Positions 43,886-56,490 of a DNA stretch of 64,000 nucleotides are shown piece by piece (the stretch's first letter is position 1; the number at the start of each line of letters is the position of its first letter). The notes under the pieces were generated by a model, which was not told the origin of the DNA, made no database searches, and was given only the letters and a program-made list of their open reading frames with translations. Both the position numbers and the translations under genes were made by a program. This DNA is from the human T2T-CHM13v2.0 reference genome, Homo sapiens, in assembly GCF_009914755.1 (NCBI RefSeq), contig NC_060932.1; one strand, written 5' to 3'.

Positions 43886-45777
43886 TTTCAAACCATTGTC
43901 CTTAAAGACCTCAGGGGAATCCGATCATTATGGCGGACGGGAGGCAGGAGTAGATTACGGCTCTGACTCGGATAGATAGAGCAGCATGTGGAGGCTCGCA
44001 TTGTGAATTTTAGCTCCAGAACTACTGCAAGAACAAACCAGCAATCCCAAGAGGACGCATAGACCCTCTGAAGAAAGCAGACTACTACTGCAGGACCCGG
44101 GAGACACCCCAGATACTGAGTGCCCCAGCTTTGGAAGTGGAAAAGAGAGCCTCCTCTCCCGAACACACGTCCCCACTGGAGAAACTGAAGGTCTGTTTGC
44201 GGAAGAAGTTGCCTACCTTACCTGGAGCTGAGTCAATTTAGAGAGCCAAGTGAAATTCAGGAGTAGAGGAAGCAGCAGAAAAGTTCTGGGAGCTCACTGG
44301 GTCCCCAAGCAGGCCATTCCTGGCACCACAGGGATCCATAAGGAGGGTGGCCAGAGGAGCGGAGGGGGGCGGGGGTGAGAACACTCCCACAGGGAGAAGG
44401 AAATCTCCATCTGAACTTTGTAACAGTTTGAACGGGATGAGAAGCCTCCTGCCCAGAACTCGTGGGAGGGCATGAAAGTCAACAGAGAAACAATGAATTT
44501 AAACTATACCTTGCAACAAATGGACTTAACAGATATATACAGAACAGAACATTTCATCCAGCAACTGCAAAATACACATTCTATTCAATAGCACATGGAA
44601 CTTTCTCCAAATAGACCATACAACAGGCCATAAAAAAATGCCTCAATAAATTTAAGAAAATTGAAATTATATCAATCATTCTCTCAGACCACAGTGGAAT
44701 AAAACTGGAAATCAACTCCAAAAGGAACTTTCAAAACTATGCAAATACATGGAAATTAAATAATCTGCTCCTGAATGAGTGAGCAGTGTATCAAAAACGA
44801 AATCAAGATGGAAATTTACAAATTATTTGAATTGAATGGCAGTAATGACACAACCTATCAAAACCTCTGGGATACGGCAAAGGCGGTGCTAAGAGGAAAA
44901 TTTATAGCCTTAAACACCTACATCAAAAAGACTGAAAGAGCTCAAACTGACCTTCTAAGGTAACACCTCAAGTAACTAGAGAAACTAGAATTCTAAAACC
45001 AAACCCAAACTGAGCAGAAGAAAGGAAATAACCAAGATAAGAGCAGAACTAAATGAATTTGAAACAAACAAACAAAAAACAACACAAAACATAAATGAAA
45101 CAAAAAGCTGGTTATTTGAAAAGATAAATAAAATTGATAGACCACTAGCAAGATAAACCGAGAAAAGAGAAAATCCATATAACCTTATTAAGAAACTAAA
45201 CAGGAGATATTACAACTGACACCACCTCATTAAGAAACTAAACAGGAGATATGACAACTGAAAATACAAAATACATCCAAGGCTACTATAAACACCTTTA
45301 AACATATAAACTAGAAAACCTAGAAGAGATGGATGAACTCCTGGAAAAATACAACCCTCCTAGCTTAAATCAGGAAGAATTAGATACCCTGAACAGACCA
45401 AAAACAAGAAGCAAGATTGAAATAGTAATTTAAAAATTACCAACAAAAAAAAAGTCAAGCACCAGACGGATTCACAGCAGAATTCTAGCAGACATTCAAA
45501 GAAGAATCGGACCAATCCTTATGACACTATTCCACAAGATAGAGAAAGAAGAAACTCTCCCTAATTCATTCTATGAAGCCAGCATCAACCTAACACCAAA
45601 ACCAGGAAAGGCCATAACCAAAAAAGAAAACTACAGACCGATATCTTTAATGAACATAGATGCTAAAATCCTTAACAAAATACTAAACAAATCCAACAAC
45701 ATATCAAAAAGATAATCCACCATGATCAAGTGGGTTTCATACCAGGGATGCAGGGATCGTTTAACATACACAAGTCA

Positions 45778-46120
<343 letters not shown>

Positions 46121-47998
46121 TCACATGATCATCTCAATAGATGCAGAAAAGGCATTTGACAGAATCTGGCATCGCTTTATGATTAAAACTCTCAGCAATA
46201 TCAGCATACAAGAGACATATCTCAATGTAATAAAAGACATCTATGATAAACTGATAGTCAGCATAATACCAAATGGGGGAAAGTTGAAAGCATTTCCTCT
46301 GAGACCTGGAACAAGACAAGGATGCCCACTATCGCCATTCCTCTTCAACATAGTACTGGAAGTCCTAGCCAGAGCAATCAGACCAGAGAAAGAAATAAAG
46401 GGCATCCAAATCTGTAAAGAGGAAATCAAACTGTCACTGTTTGCTGACGATCTGATCATTTACCTTGAAAACCCTAAAGATTTCTGAAGAAAGCTCCTAG
46501 AACTGATAAAAGAATTCAACAAAGTTTCCGGATACAAAATTAATGTACACAAATCAGTAGCTCTTCTATACACCAACAGCGACCAAGCAAAGAATCAAAT
46601 AAAGAACTCAACCCCTTCTACAAAATAGCTACCAAAAAAATAAAATACTTATGAATATACCTAACCAAGGAATCGAAAGACCTCTACAAGGAAAACTACG
46701 AAACATTGCTGAAAGAAATCATAGATGACACAAACAAACGGAAACACATCCCATGCTCACAGATGGATAGAATCAATATTGTGAAAATGACCATACTGCC
46801 AAAAGCAATCTACAAATTCAGTGCAATCTGCATCAAAATACCACCATCATTCTTCACAGAATTAGAAAAAAAAATTCTAAAATTCATATGGAACCAAAAA
46901 GGAGCCCGCATCACCAAAGCAAGACTAAGCAAACATAGCAAATCGGGAGGCATCACACTACCGGATTTCAAACTCTACTATAAGGCCATAGTCACCAAAA
47001 CACCATGGTACTGGTATAAAATAGGCAAATAGACCAATGGAACAGAATAGAGAACCCAGAAATGAACCAAAATCCTTACATCCAACTGATCTTTGACAAA
47101 GCAAACAAAAACATAAAGTGGGGAAAGGACACCCTTTTTAACAAATGGTGCTGGAATAATTGGCTAGCCACATGTAGGAGAATGAAACTGGATCCTCATC
47201 TCACCTTATACAAAAATCAACTCAAGATGGATTAAGGACTTAAATTTAAGACCTGGAACTATAAAAATTCTAGAAGATAACATTGGTGAAACCATTCTAG
47301 ACATTGGCTTAGGCAAGGATTTTATGACAAAGAACCCAAAAGCAAATGCAATAAAAACAAAGATAAATAGTTGGGACTTAATTAAACTAAAGAGTTTTGC
47401 ACAGCAAAAGGAACAGTCAGCAGAGTAAACAGACAACCCACAAAATGGAAGAATATCTTCACAATCTATGCATCTGACAAAGGACTAATATCCAGAATCT
47501 ACAACTAACTCAAACAAATCAATAACAAACAAACAAAAAAAAAATCCCATCAAAAAGTGAGCTAAGGACATGAATAGACAATTCTCAAAAGAAGATATAC
47601 AAATGTCAACAAATATATGAAAAAAATGCTCAACATCACTAATGGTCAGGGAAATGCAAATCAAAACCACAGTGCAATACTCCTGCAAGAATGCCATAAT
47701 CAAAAATTTTTTAAAAAATAGGCATGCATGCAGTGATCAGGGAACACTTCTGCACTGCTGTTGGGAATGTAAACTAGTACAGCCTCTGTGGAAAACAGTA
47801 TGGAGATTCCTTAAAGAACTAAAAGTATAACTACCAGTTGATCCTGCAATCCTGCTACTGGGTATTTACCCAGAGGCAAAGAAGTCATTATATGAAAAAT
47901 ACTTGCACACGCATGTTTATAGCGGCACAATTTGCAACTGCAAAAAAGTGGAACCAACCCAAATGCCCATCAATCAACAAATGGATAAAGAAACTGTG

Positions 47999-48040
<42 letters not shown>
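47999..48040. repeat. (TA)n microsatellite in L1PB
   Basis: Read directly from the sequence. Confidence 0.9.
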
Positions 48041-48043
<3 letters not shown>

Positions 48044-49374
48044 TATGATGGAATACTACTCAGTCATAAAATGGAATGAATTAACAGCATTTGCAGCAAC
48101 CTGGATGAGATTGGAGACTATTATTCTAAGTAAAGTAACTCAGAAATGGAAAACCAATCCTCATATGTTCTCAGTGATATATGGGAGCTAAGCTATGAGG
48201 AAGCAAAAGCATAAGAATGACAAGTGGACTTTGGGGACTTCGGGGGAAGAGTGAGAGGAGGATGAGGGATAAAAGACTACAAATATGATGCAGTGTTTAC
48301 TGCTCGGGTGATGGGTGCACCCAAATCTTACAAATCACCACCAAAGAACTTACTTATGTAACCAAATACCACCTGTACCCCAATAACCTATGAAAAAATA
48401 ATAAAAAAAACTCAATGATGAATGTAGTGAATATATTACAAACTGTTCAAATTGTTTTCATACAGATGAAGCAAAATGTCTGCACAGATTATTTTTTTAA
48501 TTTTTTCTTAAATATGTCATTTCAAGCTGCATTGGAAATGTATATTTACAGACATTTACTGAATAATTGGTTTATTAATATGACCTATATGGTCATTAGT
48601 TTAGGAGAGAAAAATAATGAATCAGTCATGTTCAAAACAGTAATATAGACTTCAATGGCATAAAACATTCAAGATAAGCACACTGTTTTCTTTGTTCTTA
48701 CTAAACCAATTGATGATTTTAAAGTTTGATTAATTATTTTCAACAAGATTATTTTCAAATTTGGGTCTATGTCTTATTTCTTCATTAAAAAATATTGCAC
48801 AAGTAGAAAATAATGGTCCTAGCATGATGACAGCAAGATAGCAGAAGAAATATTACACCCATGAACATACCAGTTTAACAACACATGGATTGGTCCCCTT
48901 TGTGAGAAATCCAGAAATTAGTTAGGAGACTCCTGCACCTCAGTTAAGTGTGAAATCATCAATACTGGGACCAGTAGAAATAGCAAAAACTTCATCTTGC
49001 CAAAATTTCCACTTCTGGCACAGCACCATACCATCAGAAGCAAATCCCCAACTCAGCTTCTCCCTGAGAAGCAAAGGAGTTTAATTGCACATGTAGTATG
49101 CCAAATGTTTTCAGTGCTGCTCAAGAGTCTGGCTTCTATCTCACCTGCCTGGGAAAGCTGACAGGGTTTAGCATAAGCAAGTATTATGGGAACTACAGAG
49201 AATAGAACAGTGGTTTGAACTAGCATGTGGGCACTCACCACAGCTCCTTTTCTCATTCAGTGCAGAGCAAGTAGGTGACAAATCCAAACTCCCAACTTCT
49301 CCCTGAGGAGGAAAAGTGTTGGATTTTGCATCCAGAGTTCTAACTTATCTTGGTGCAACCCAAAGGATTAACTG

Positions 49375-49678
49375 TTTTTTTTTTTTTTTTTGGAGACAGA
49401 GTCTTGCTGTGTCCCACAGGCTGGAGTGCAGTGGCATGATTTCAGCTCACCACAAGTCTGCCTCCCAGGTTCAAGCGATTCTCCTACCTCAGCCTCCTGA
49501 GTAGCTGAGATCACAGGCAGGTGCCACCATGCCCAGCTAATTTTTGTATTTTTTTTTTTTAGTAGAGACAGGGTTTCACCGTGTTAGCCAGGCTGGTCTC
49601 AAACTCCTGACCTCAGGTGATTTGCCTGCCTCAGCCTCCCAAAGTGCTGGGATCACAGGCATGAGCCACCACCCAGCC
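49375..49678 (-). mobile_element. AluSx-like
   Basis: TSD aggattaact at 49364-49373 and 49680-49689. Confidence 0.92.
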
Positions 49679-50943
49679 CAGGATTAACTTCTAACCTGCC
49701 TATCTCAGAGTGCTGAAAGGACCTTATATATACTGAAAAAGTTCTGAAAAAGTTCTTAAAAAGTTAGATGCCTGAGGCCCCAAAGAATAAAAACAGTGGT
49801 TTGAACTAACGCAAGGATATGAGGCCCATGAAACCTCAGGACAGGGTGATTGGTGGAGTTCTTCTCCTGTACAAGGCCAGTGTATAAGAACTTGAAGAAG
49901 TGACTTTTTTTTTCTACTGTACACATACAAAGAGTCAAGAAAAATGAAGAAACAGGGGAAAATGATCCAAAAACCAGAAACAAAATAACATTTAAGAAAC
50001 CAACTTTAATGAAATGGAGATACATGAATTACATGACAGAGAATTCAAAGTAACAATAGTTAAAATGCTCAGTGAGCTAAGGAGAGTAATGCATGAACAA
50101 AAAGTGAATTCAAGAAAAAAAAATTAAAAATTTACAGAGGAAACAAACAGATATCTTGGAGCTAAAAAATACAATAATTGAGCTGCAAAATTTAAAAAGA
50201 TTCATCAGCAGACTAGAGCAAGCAGAAAAGGAAATGAGTGAACTCAATGACAGTTCACTGGAAATTATCTAGTCAGAGAAGCCAAAAGAAAAGAGAATGA
50301 ACAATAGTAAACACATTAAGGTATTTGTGAGACACCATCAAATGGACCAATATGCGTTATGGGTTTCCAAGAAGTAGAAGATAGAGCAAGAGGACCAGAG
50401 ACCTTATTCAAGGAAATAATGTCTGAAAATGCCCTAAACCTGAGAAATAAAATGAACATCTAGATCTGGGAAATGCTAACAATGTCAAATAAGATGAATT
50501 CGAATACATCCACATCAAGACACATTGTAATCAAATTGTCAGGCAAAGACAAAATTTTGAAAGCAGCAAAAGAAAAGTGACTTGTCACATACAAGGGACT
50601 TTTCACAAGATTATCAGTGGATTTTTCAGCAGAAACCAGACACGCCAGAAGGCAGTGGAATGTTATATTCAAAGTTTGAAAGAAAAAACTGCCTACTGAA
50701 CTTGAAAACTGTCCTTCAAAATGAAGGGATAATAAAGACTTCTGACAAACAAAAGCTGAGATACTACTCACTGTAACTGCCTTACAAGAAATTCTAGAGG
50801 AAGTTTTTCAATTTTACATGTGAGAACACTAAATGGCAACATGATAGCATATGGAGGTACAAAACTGATAAAGGTAAATATACTGACAAATACAGAATAT
50901 TGTATCATAGTAGCAGTGGTAGATAAATTACATTTATTCTAGT

Positions 50944-51362
50944 TATCTTAGTCTATTTGTGTTGCTGTAACAACATACCCAGCCAGCGGTAATTTATAAA
51001 CAATAAAAATTTATTTCTCATAGTTCTATTGGCTGGGAAGTCCAAGGTCAAGGCTCCAGCAGATTTGGTGTCTGGTGAAGGCTTGCTGTGTACTTTAAGG
51101 TGGTGCCTTTTGCTGCAACCTCACATGGCTACAGAGGCACAAAAGTGAGAGACACTGAATCCTCACATGGCAAAAACAGACAAAAGTGCAAAAAAGACTA
51201 GGTTGCACCCTTCAACTTATTTAATAAGAGCACTAATCCATGGAGGTGAAGAACTCATGATTTAATCACTTCCCATAAGTCCCCTCATCTTAGTACTCTC
51301 ATATTGGGTATTAAGTTCCAACGTATGAATTTTGGAGGAATACATACATTCAAATCATAGCA
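50944..51362 (-). mobile_element. MSTC/MSTD/MLT1A-type solo LTR
   Basis: MaLR LTR text; 5-bp TSD ctagt. Confidence 0.82.
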
Positions 51363-52920
51363 CTAGTATTTAAAAGACAAGTTATTTAACTATAAAATAT
51401 GAAAATGAATACACAATATAAATAGATTTAACTTGTGATATCAATAACATAAAGTGGGTGGAAGGATAAAATACTAAAATTTTTGTATGCAATTGAAACT
51501 AAGTTGTTATTGGTTTAAAATAGACTGTTACAAGATATTGTATATAAACCCCAGGATAACCACAAATAAAATACGTATAAAACTTACACAAAGTGAAAAG
51601 AAAATAATAAAAGCATATCACTACAAAAAAGATAATGAAATGCACAGGAAAACAGCAAGAGAGAAGAGCAGGACAAGAGAACTACAATACAAACAGAAAA
51701 TAATTAACAAAATGGCAATAATAAATTCTCCCCTATCAATAATTACTTGCTATGTAAATCAATTGAGCTCTCCAACCAAAAGACATAGAGTGACTGAATG
51801 AATTAAATACAAACAACTAAAACAAGATCCACCTATACGCTGAATATAAGAAACTTACTTTAGATTTAAGGACAAACTTAGACTGAAAGTGAAGAGATGG
51901 AAAAAGATATTCTGTGTAAATAGTAACCAAAAGAGAAGACAGGTAAATATAGTTACATCAGACAAAATTAACTTCAAGTCAAAAACTATCTCAGGAGACA
52001 AAGAAGACCATCAAATTATAATAAAAGAGACAACACACTAGGAAAATATAACAATTATAAAAATATATGCAACCAAACCAGAGCACCTAAATATATAAAG
52101 CAAACACTGACAGAACTGAAGAGAAGACTAGACAGCAAAATAGCTTCAGTAAGATACTTCAATACCTCACTTTCAGTAATGTATAGAAAAACCAGACAAA
52201 CTATCAACAAAAAGCATTTGACCTGAAGAATGCTAGAGACCACATGAGCCTAACAGATGTTAAGTGGAACATTCAATCAAACAGCAACAGAATATACAAT
52301 ATTTTCAAATTCATAGAGAATATTCTTCAGGATAAATCACATATTTGATAACAAAACATGTATTAACAAATTTAAGAAGATTAAAATCATACCAAATATA
52401 TTTTTGACCATAATAGAATGAAACTAGAAATCAATATCAGAAGGAAAACTAGAAAATTCATAAATATGTGAAAATTAAACAACACTTTTGGACAACCAAT
52501 GGGTCAAAAAAGAAATCAAAACGGAAATTAGAAAATGTCTTGAGGAAAACAAAGATGAAAATGCAGCATATCAAAACTTATGGGATGAAGTATAAAACAG
52601 AAGTTTATAGCAATAAATGTTTTCATTAAAAATAATAAATATCTTAATAAAACAACCTAAATCGACACTGCAAAAACTTAGAAAAAACATAAGCCCAATG
52701 TTACAGGAGGGTGAAAATGGTAAAGATTACAGTAAAAATAAACTAAATAATATTAAAAATAGCGAAAATAAAGGTTTTTTTTGAAAAGATCAAGAAAACT
52801 GATCACCTTAGAGGGGAGACTAAAATAAATAAAATCAAAAATGAAAGCAGAGATATTGCAAATGATGCCACAAAAATAAAAGGGATTATAAGAGACTAAT
52901 AGGAATAAGTATATGCCAAC

Positions 52921-53267
52921 TGTATTAGTCCATTTTCACACTGCTATAAAGACATACCAAAGACTGGGTAATTTATAAAGGAAAGAGGTTTAATGGACTC
53001 AGAGTTCTGCATGGCTGGGGAGGCCTCAGGAAATTTACAATCATGGAAAAAGGGGAGGCATGCAAGTTTTACATGGCAGTAGGCAAGAGAGAGCTTGAAG
53101 GGGGAAGAGCTTCTTATAAAACCATCAGCTCTTGTAAGAACCCACTCACTATCAAGAGAACTGCATTCGGGGAACCACTCCCATGATCTAATCACCTCCT
53201 TCCCTTAACACATGGGATTACAATTCGAGATGAGATTTGGGTCAGGACACAGAGTCAAACCATATCA
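52921..53267 (-). mobile_element. THE1 (C/D-like) solo LTR
   Basis: tgtattagtcc...aaaccatatca; TSD ccaac/ctaac. Confidence 0.9.
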
Positions 53268-53381
53268 CTAACAAACTGGATAACGTAGAAAAAACAGATA
53301 AGTTTCTAGAAACATGCCAACTACCAAGATTGCATCATGAAGTAGAAAGTCTATAAAGACCTATAACCAGTAAGGATATTG

Positions 53382-53480
53382 GATACCTGAGTGATGAAAT
53401 AACCTGTACAACGAACCCCCATGACACACGTTTACCTGTTTAAGTAACCTTTACCTGTACCCCTGAACTTAAAATAAAAG
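53382..53480 (+). mobile_element. very short L1PA (about L1PA11-13) 3' end with poly(A)
   Basis: 'gatgaaataacctgtacaacgaacccccatgacac...cccctgaacttaaaataaaagtt' followed by A12. Confidence 0.8.
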
Positions 53481-54030
53481 TTACTATTAAAAAAAAAAAA
53501 GCACCGGTGAGGTTGTGAAAAAGTTGGAACCCTTGTACACTTTTGGTGGAGATGGAGAATGGTGCAGTCACTATGGGAAACAGTGTGGTGGTTCCTCAAA
53601 AAATTATTAAACACTGAATTACCGTATCATCCTACTTCCTACCTGGAATCCTACTTCCAGGTATTTATCTAAAAGAATCAGGATCCCAAGGAAATATTAG
53701 CAGCACTATTCACAATAGTCAATATGTGGAATCAATCTATATCTCCATCAATAAATGAATGGATTTTAAAACATGTGTTATATACATACAATGGAATATT
53801 ATTCAGTCTTAAAAATGATAGAAATCCTACAATATTTGACAATATGGATGAGCTTTGAGTACATTATGCTAAGTGAAATAAACTAGTCACAGAAGGACAA
53901 ATACTGCACATTTCCACTTGGATGGAGTATTTAACATAATAAAACACGTGAAATCAAAGAATGGAATTGTGGTCGTCAGAAACTGAGGAATAAGTAATCA
54001 CTAATCAACAGGTGTAAAATTTTTGTTATG

Positions 54031-54335
54031 CGCCGGGCGCGGTGGCTCATGCCTGTAATCCCAGCACTTTGGGAGGCCGAGGCAGGCAGATCACCTGAGG
54101 TCAGGAGTTCAAGACCAGCCTGGCCAACCTGGTGAAACCCCGTCTCTACTAAAAATACAAAAATTAGCCAGGCCTGGTGGCGGGAGCCTGTAATCCCAGC
54201 TACTTGGAAGGCTGAGGCAGGCAGAATTGCTTGAACCCGGGAGGCGGAGGTGGCAGTGAGCCAAGATCACTCCACTGCACTCCAGCCTGGGCGACGGAAT
54301 GAGACTCCATCTCAAAAAAAAAAAAAAAAAAAAAA
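54031..54335 (+). mobile_element. AluSx-like
   Basis: TSD aaaatttttgttat / aaaattctgttat. Confidence 0.93.
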
Positions 54336-55130
54336 TTCTGTTATACAAGATGAAAATGTTCTAAATGCCTGCTGTACAACATTGTACCTATAGATAACAG
54401 TAGTGTAGTGTACACTTTATTTGTTAAGAAGTAACATTTCACACTAAGTGTTTTTATAATAAAATTTTAAAAGTTAAAAAATAATGATTCTCTTTTCCGT
54501 TTTAGGTCTTTCTTCCTTCCTACTGTTTCCATCATTTTTATTCTGAGTCTGTAAATAAAATAATGACCGTCTTTACTTTTTTGTTCCTTCTTCCTTTCTA
54601 ATTGCTCAGAGCCTGTTAATTCAAGAGATTCATATACCTATGAGTATAAGACTCATTTCCTATGTACCCAGAGCTATGCCTATGATTGTGGTAGCCACTA
54701 AATAAAGGACTAGACATTATATGTAGCTATAACAGAGGAAACTAAAAATATCAGCCTTCAATTGCAAAAAACAGCACTAATTTCTGATTAAGCAAATAAA
54801 ATATAACATATATGGAAATCTAATCTCTCAAAGAAAGGTTAGCATTTTAATGAGAGGAAGGTAAAATATTTAATATGTTGTTAAGAAAAATTATCCAAAA
54901 TTTGAAAGTAAAGCAAAAGAAGGTTGACATATATTTTCTGTCCTAGGAGCATTGTCTAATAGGTCCGTGCAAGTTTGATTATTTATCTAGGCTTATATGC
55001 CCTTGTTTGACTTGCTGTTTTTAATTAATTATGTCTCAAAGTCTATCGTGACATGTTAACTTGTAGATTTGCATCTGGTAGAGCTGGAAATCTTTTTCTA
55101 TCTGATAAAAAAGGTATCCCAAAAGATGGT

Positions 55131-55770
55131 ATTTTTTTAACTTTATTTTAGGTTCAGGGGTACATGGGAAGATTTGTTACATAGGTTACATAGGTAAACA
55201 CCTGTCATGGAGGTTTGTCATACAGAATATTTCATCACTCAGGTATTAAGCCCAGTACCCAGCAGTTATCTTTTCTGCTCCTCTCCCTCCATCCTCAAGT
55301 AGATCCCAGTGTTTGTTGTTTCATTCATTGTGTTCATAAGTTCTCATCATTTAGTTCTTACTTATAAGTGAGAACATGTGGTATTTGGTTTTCTGTTCCC
55401 GTGTTAGTTTGCTAAGGATAATAGCCTCCAGCTCCATCCACGTTCCCACAAGAGACATGATCTTGTTCTTTTTCATGGCTGCATAGTATCCCGTGGTGTA
55501 AATGAAGCACATCTTCTTTATCCAATCTGTCATTGAGGGGCATTTAGGTTGATTCCATGTCTTTGCTCTTGTGAATAGTGCTACAACGAACATATCGCAT
55601 GCATGTGTCTTTACGGTAGAATGATTTACATTCCTCTGGGTATATACCCAGTAATGGGATTGCGGGTCAAATGGTAGTTCTGCTTTTAGCTCTTTAAGAA
55701 ATTGCCATAGTGCTTTCCGCAGTGGTGGAACTAATTTATACTCCCACCAACAGTGTATAAGTGTTCCTTT
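55131..55770 (-). mobile_element. L1PA (about L1PA11-13) 3' fragment
   Basis: Antisense 3'UTR plus ORF2 C-terminus (ORF 55351-55593). Confidence 0.88.
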
Positions 55771-55862
55771 GCCTTATTGAACATTAATCGGTTTTGCATC
55801 TAATTAAGCAATATTAATCCAACCTTTTGTTTTTTCAGTCCATAAATATACACAAATGGCTT

Positions 55863-56010
55863 TGTGGTTGTGGCACCTTGGCTAGGATAAACTGCGCTCT
55901 CCAGAATTGCCTTTCTAGTGTGTTTCCAGGTAAGGTGGGCTATAAGAGATATTCTTCACTAGAGGTGGAGGACGGAAGGGACACAGCAGCCATTTTGGAG
56001 TATGTACACA
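55863..56010 (+). mobile_element. old ERVL LTR fragment (LTR52-like)
   Basis: 'ccagaattgcctttctagtgtgtttccaggtaaggtgggctataagagatattc' resembles recalled LTR52. Confidence 0.35.
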
Positions 56011-56019
56011 GGTTTTTCT

Positions 56020-56490
56020 CAGTTATCTAATCAAACATTAATCTAGGTAAAGGGATTTTTTTGCCTACATAAATGAAGTTTCTGATCAATTAAGTGTAAA
56101 TTAGAGAGATTACTCTGGGTAGAGCTGACTTATTCAGTCAGTTTAGACTTCCCTGGGTCTAAACTGGGGAATGTTTAAGGCTAAAATGTTTAAGCCTTCC
56201 CTGAGGACACAGCTTGGGCCCTTTTAAGTTCCAGCCTGCTCCTAATCATTCTTTTCTGACAGCCTATAAACAACAAGCTTTGGTCCAAACTGATGGAGTT
56301 CCAGCATATTTATAATCTTCCCTTCTGGACTTCCTCACCTATAGAACTTTCAGAAGTTCTGAAGTTCTATAGGTCAGAAAGTCCAGAATTTGTAAATCAA
56401 TTCTTTGAAGTTAATAAATAAGTGAGTAAATATGTGTATCCATGTATTTTACTGATTCTTCTTACCTGGTTAAACTCTTGACTCATAAGC
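56020..56490 (+). mobile_element. MLT2 (E/F-like) LTR
   Basis: 'tctaatcaaacattaatctaggt..gagagattactctgggtagagctgact..tttactgattcttcttacctggttaaactcttgact'. Confidence 0.55.

Larger units (their letters stand above)
48820..54482 (+). mobile_element. old L1M (L1MA9/10-like 3' end) with 5'UTR, ORF1 and partial ORF2, multiply interrupted
   Basis: ORF1-like text 49900-50800, endonuclease-region text from ~51710, L1MA 3'UTR 53480-54480. Confidence 0.78.
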
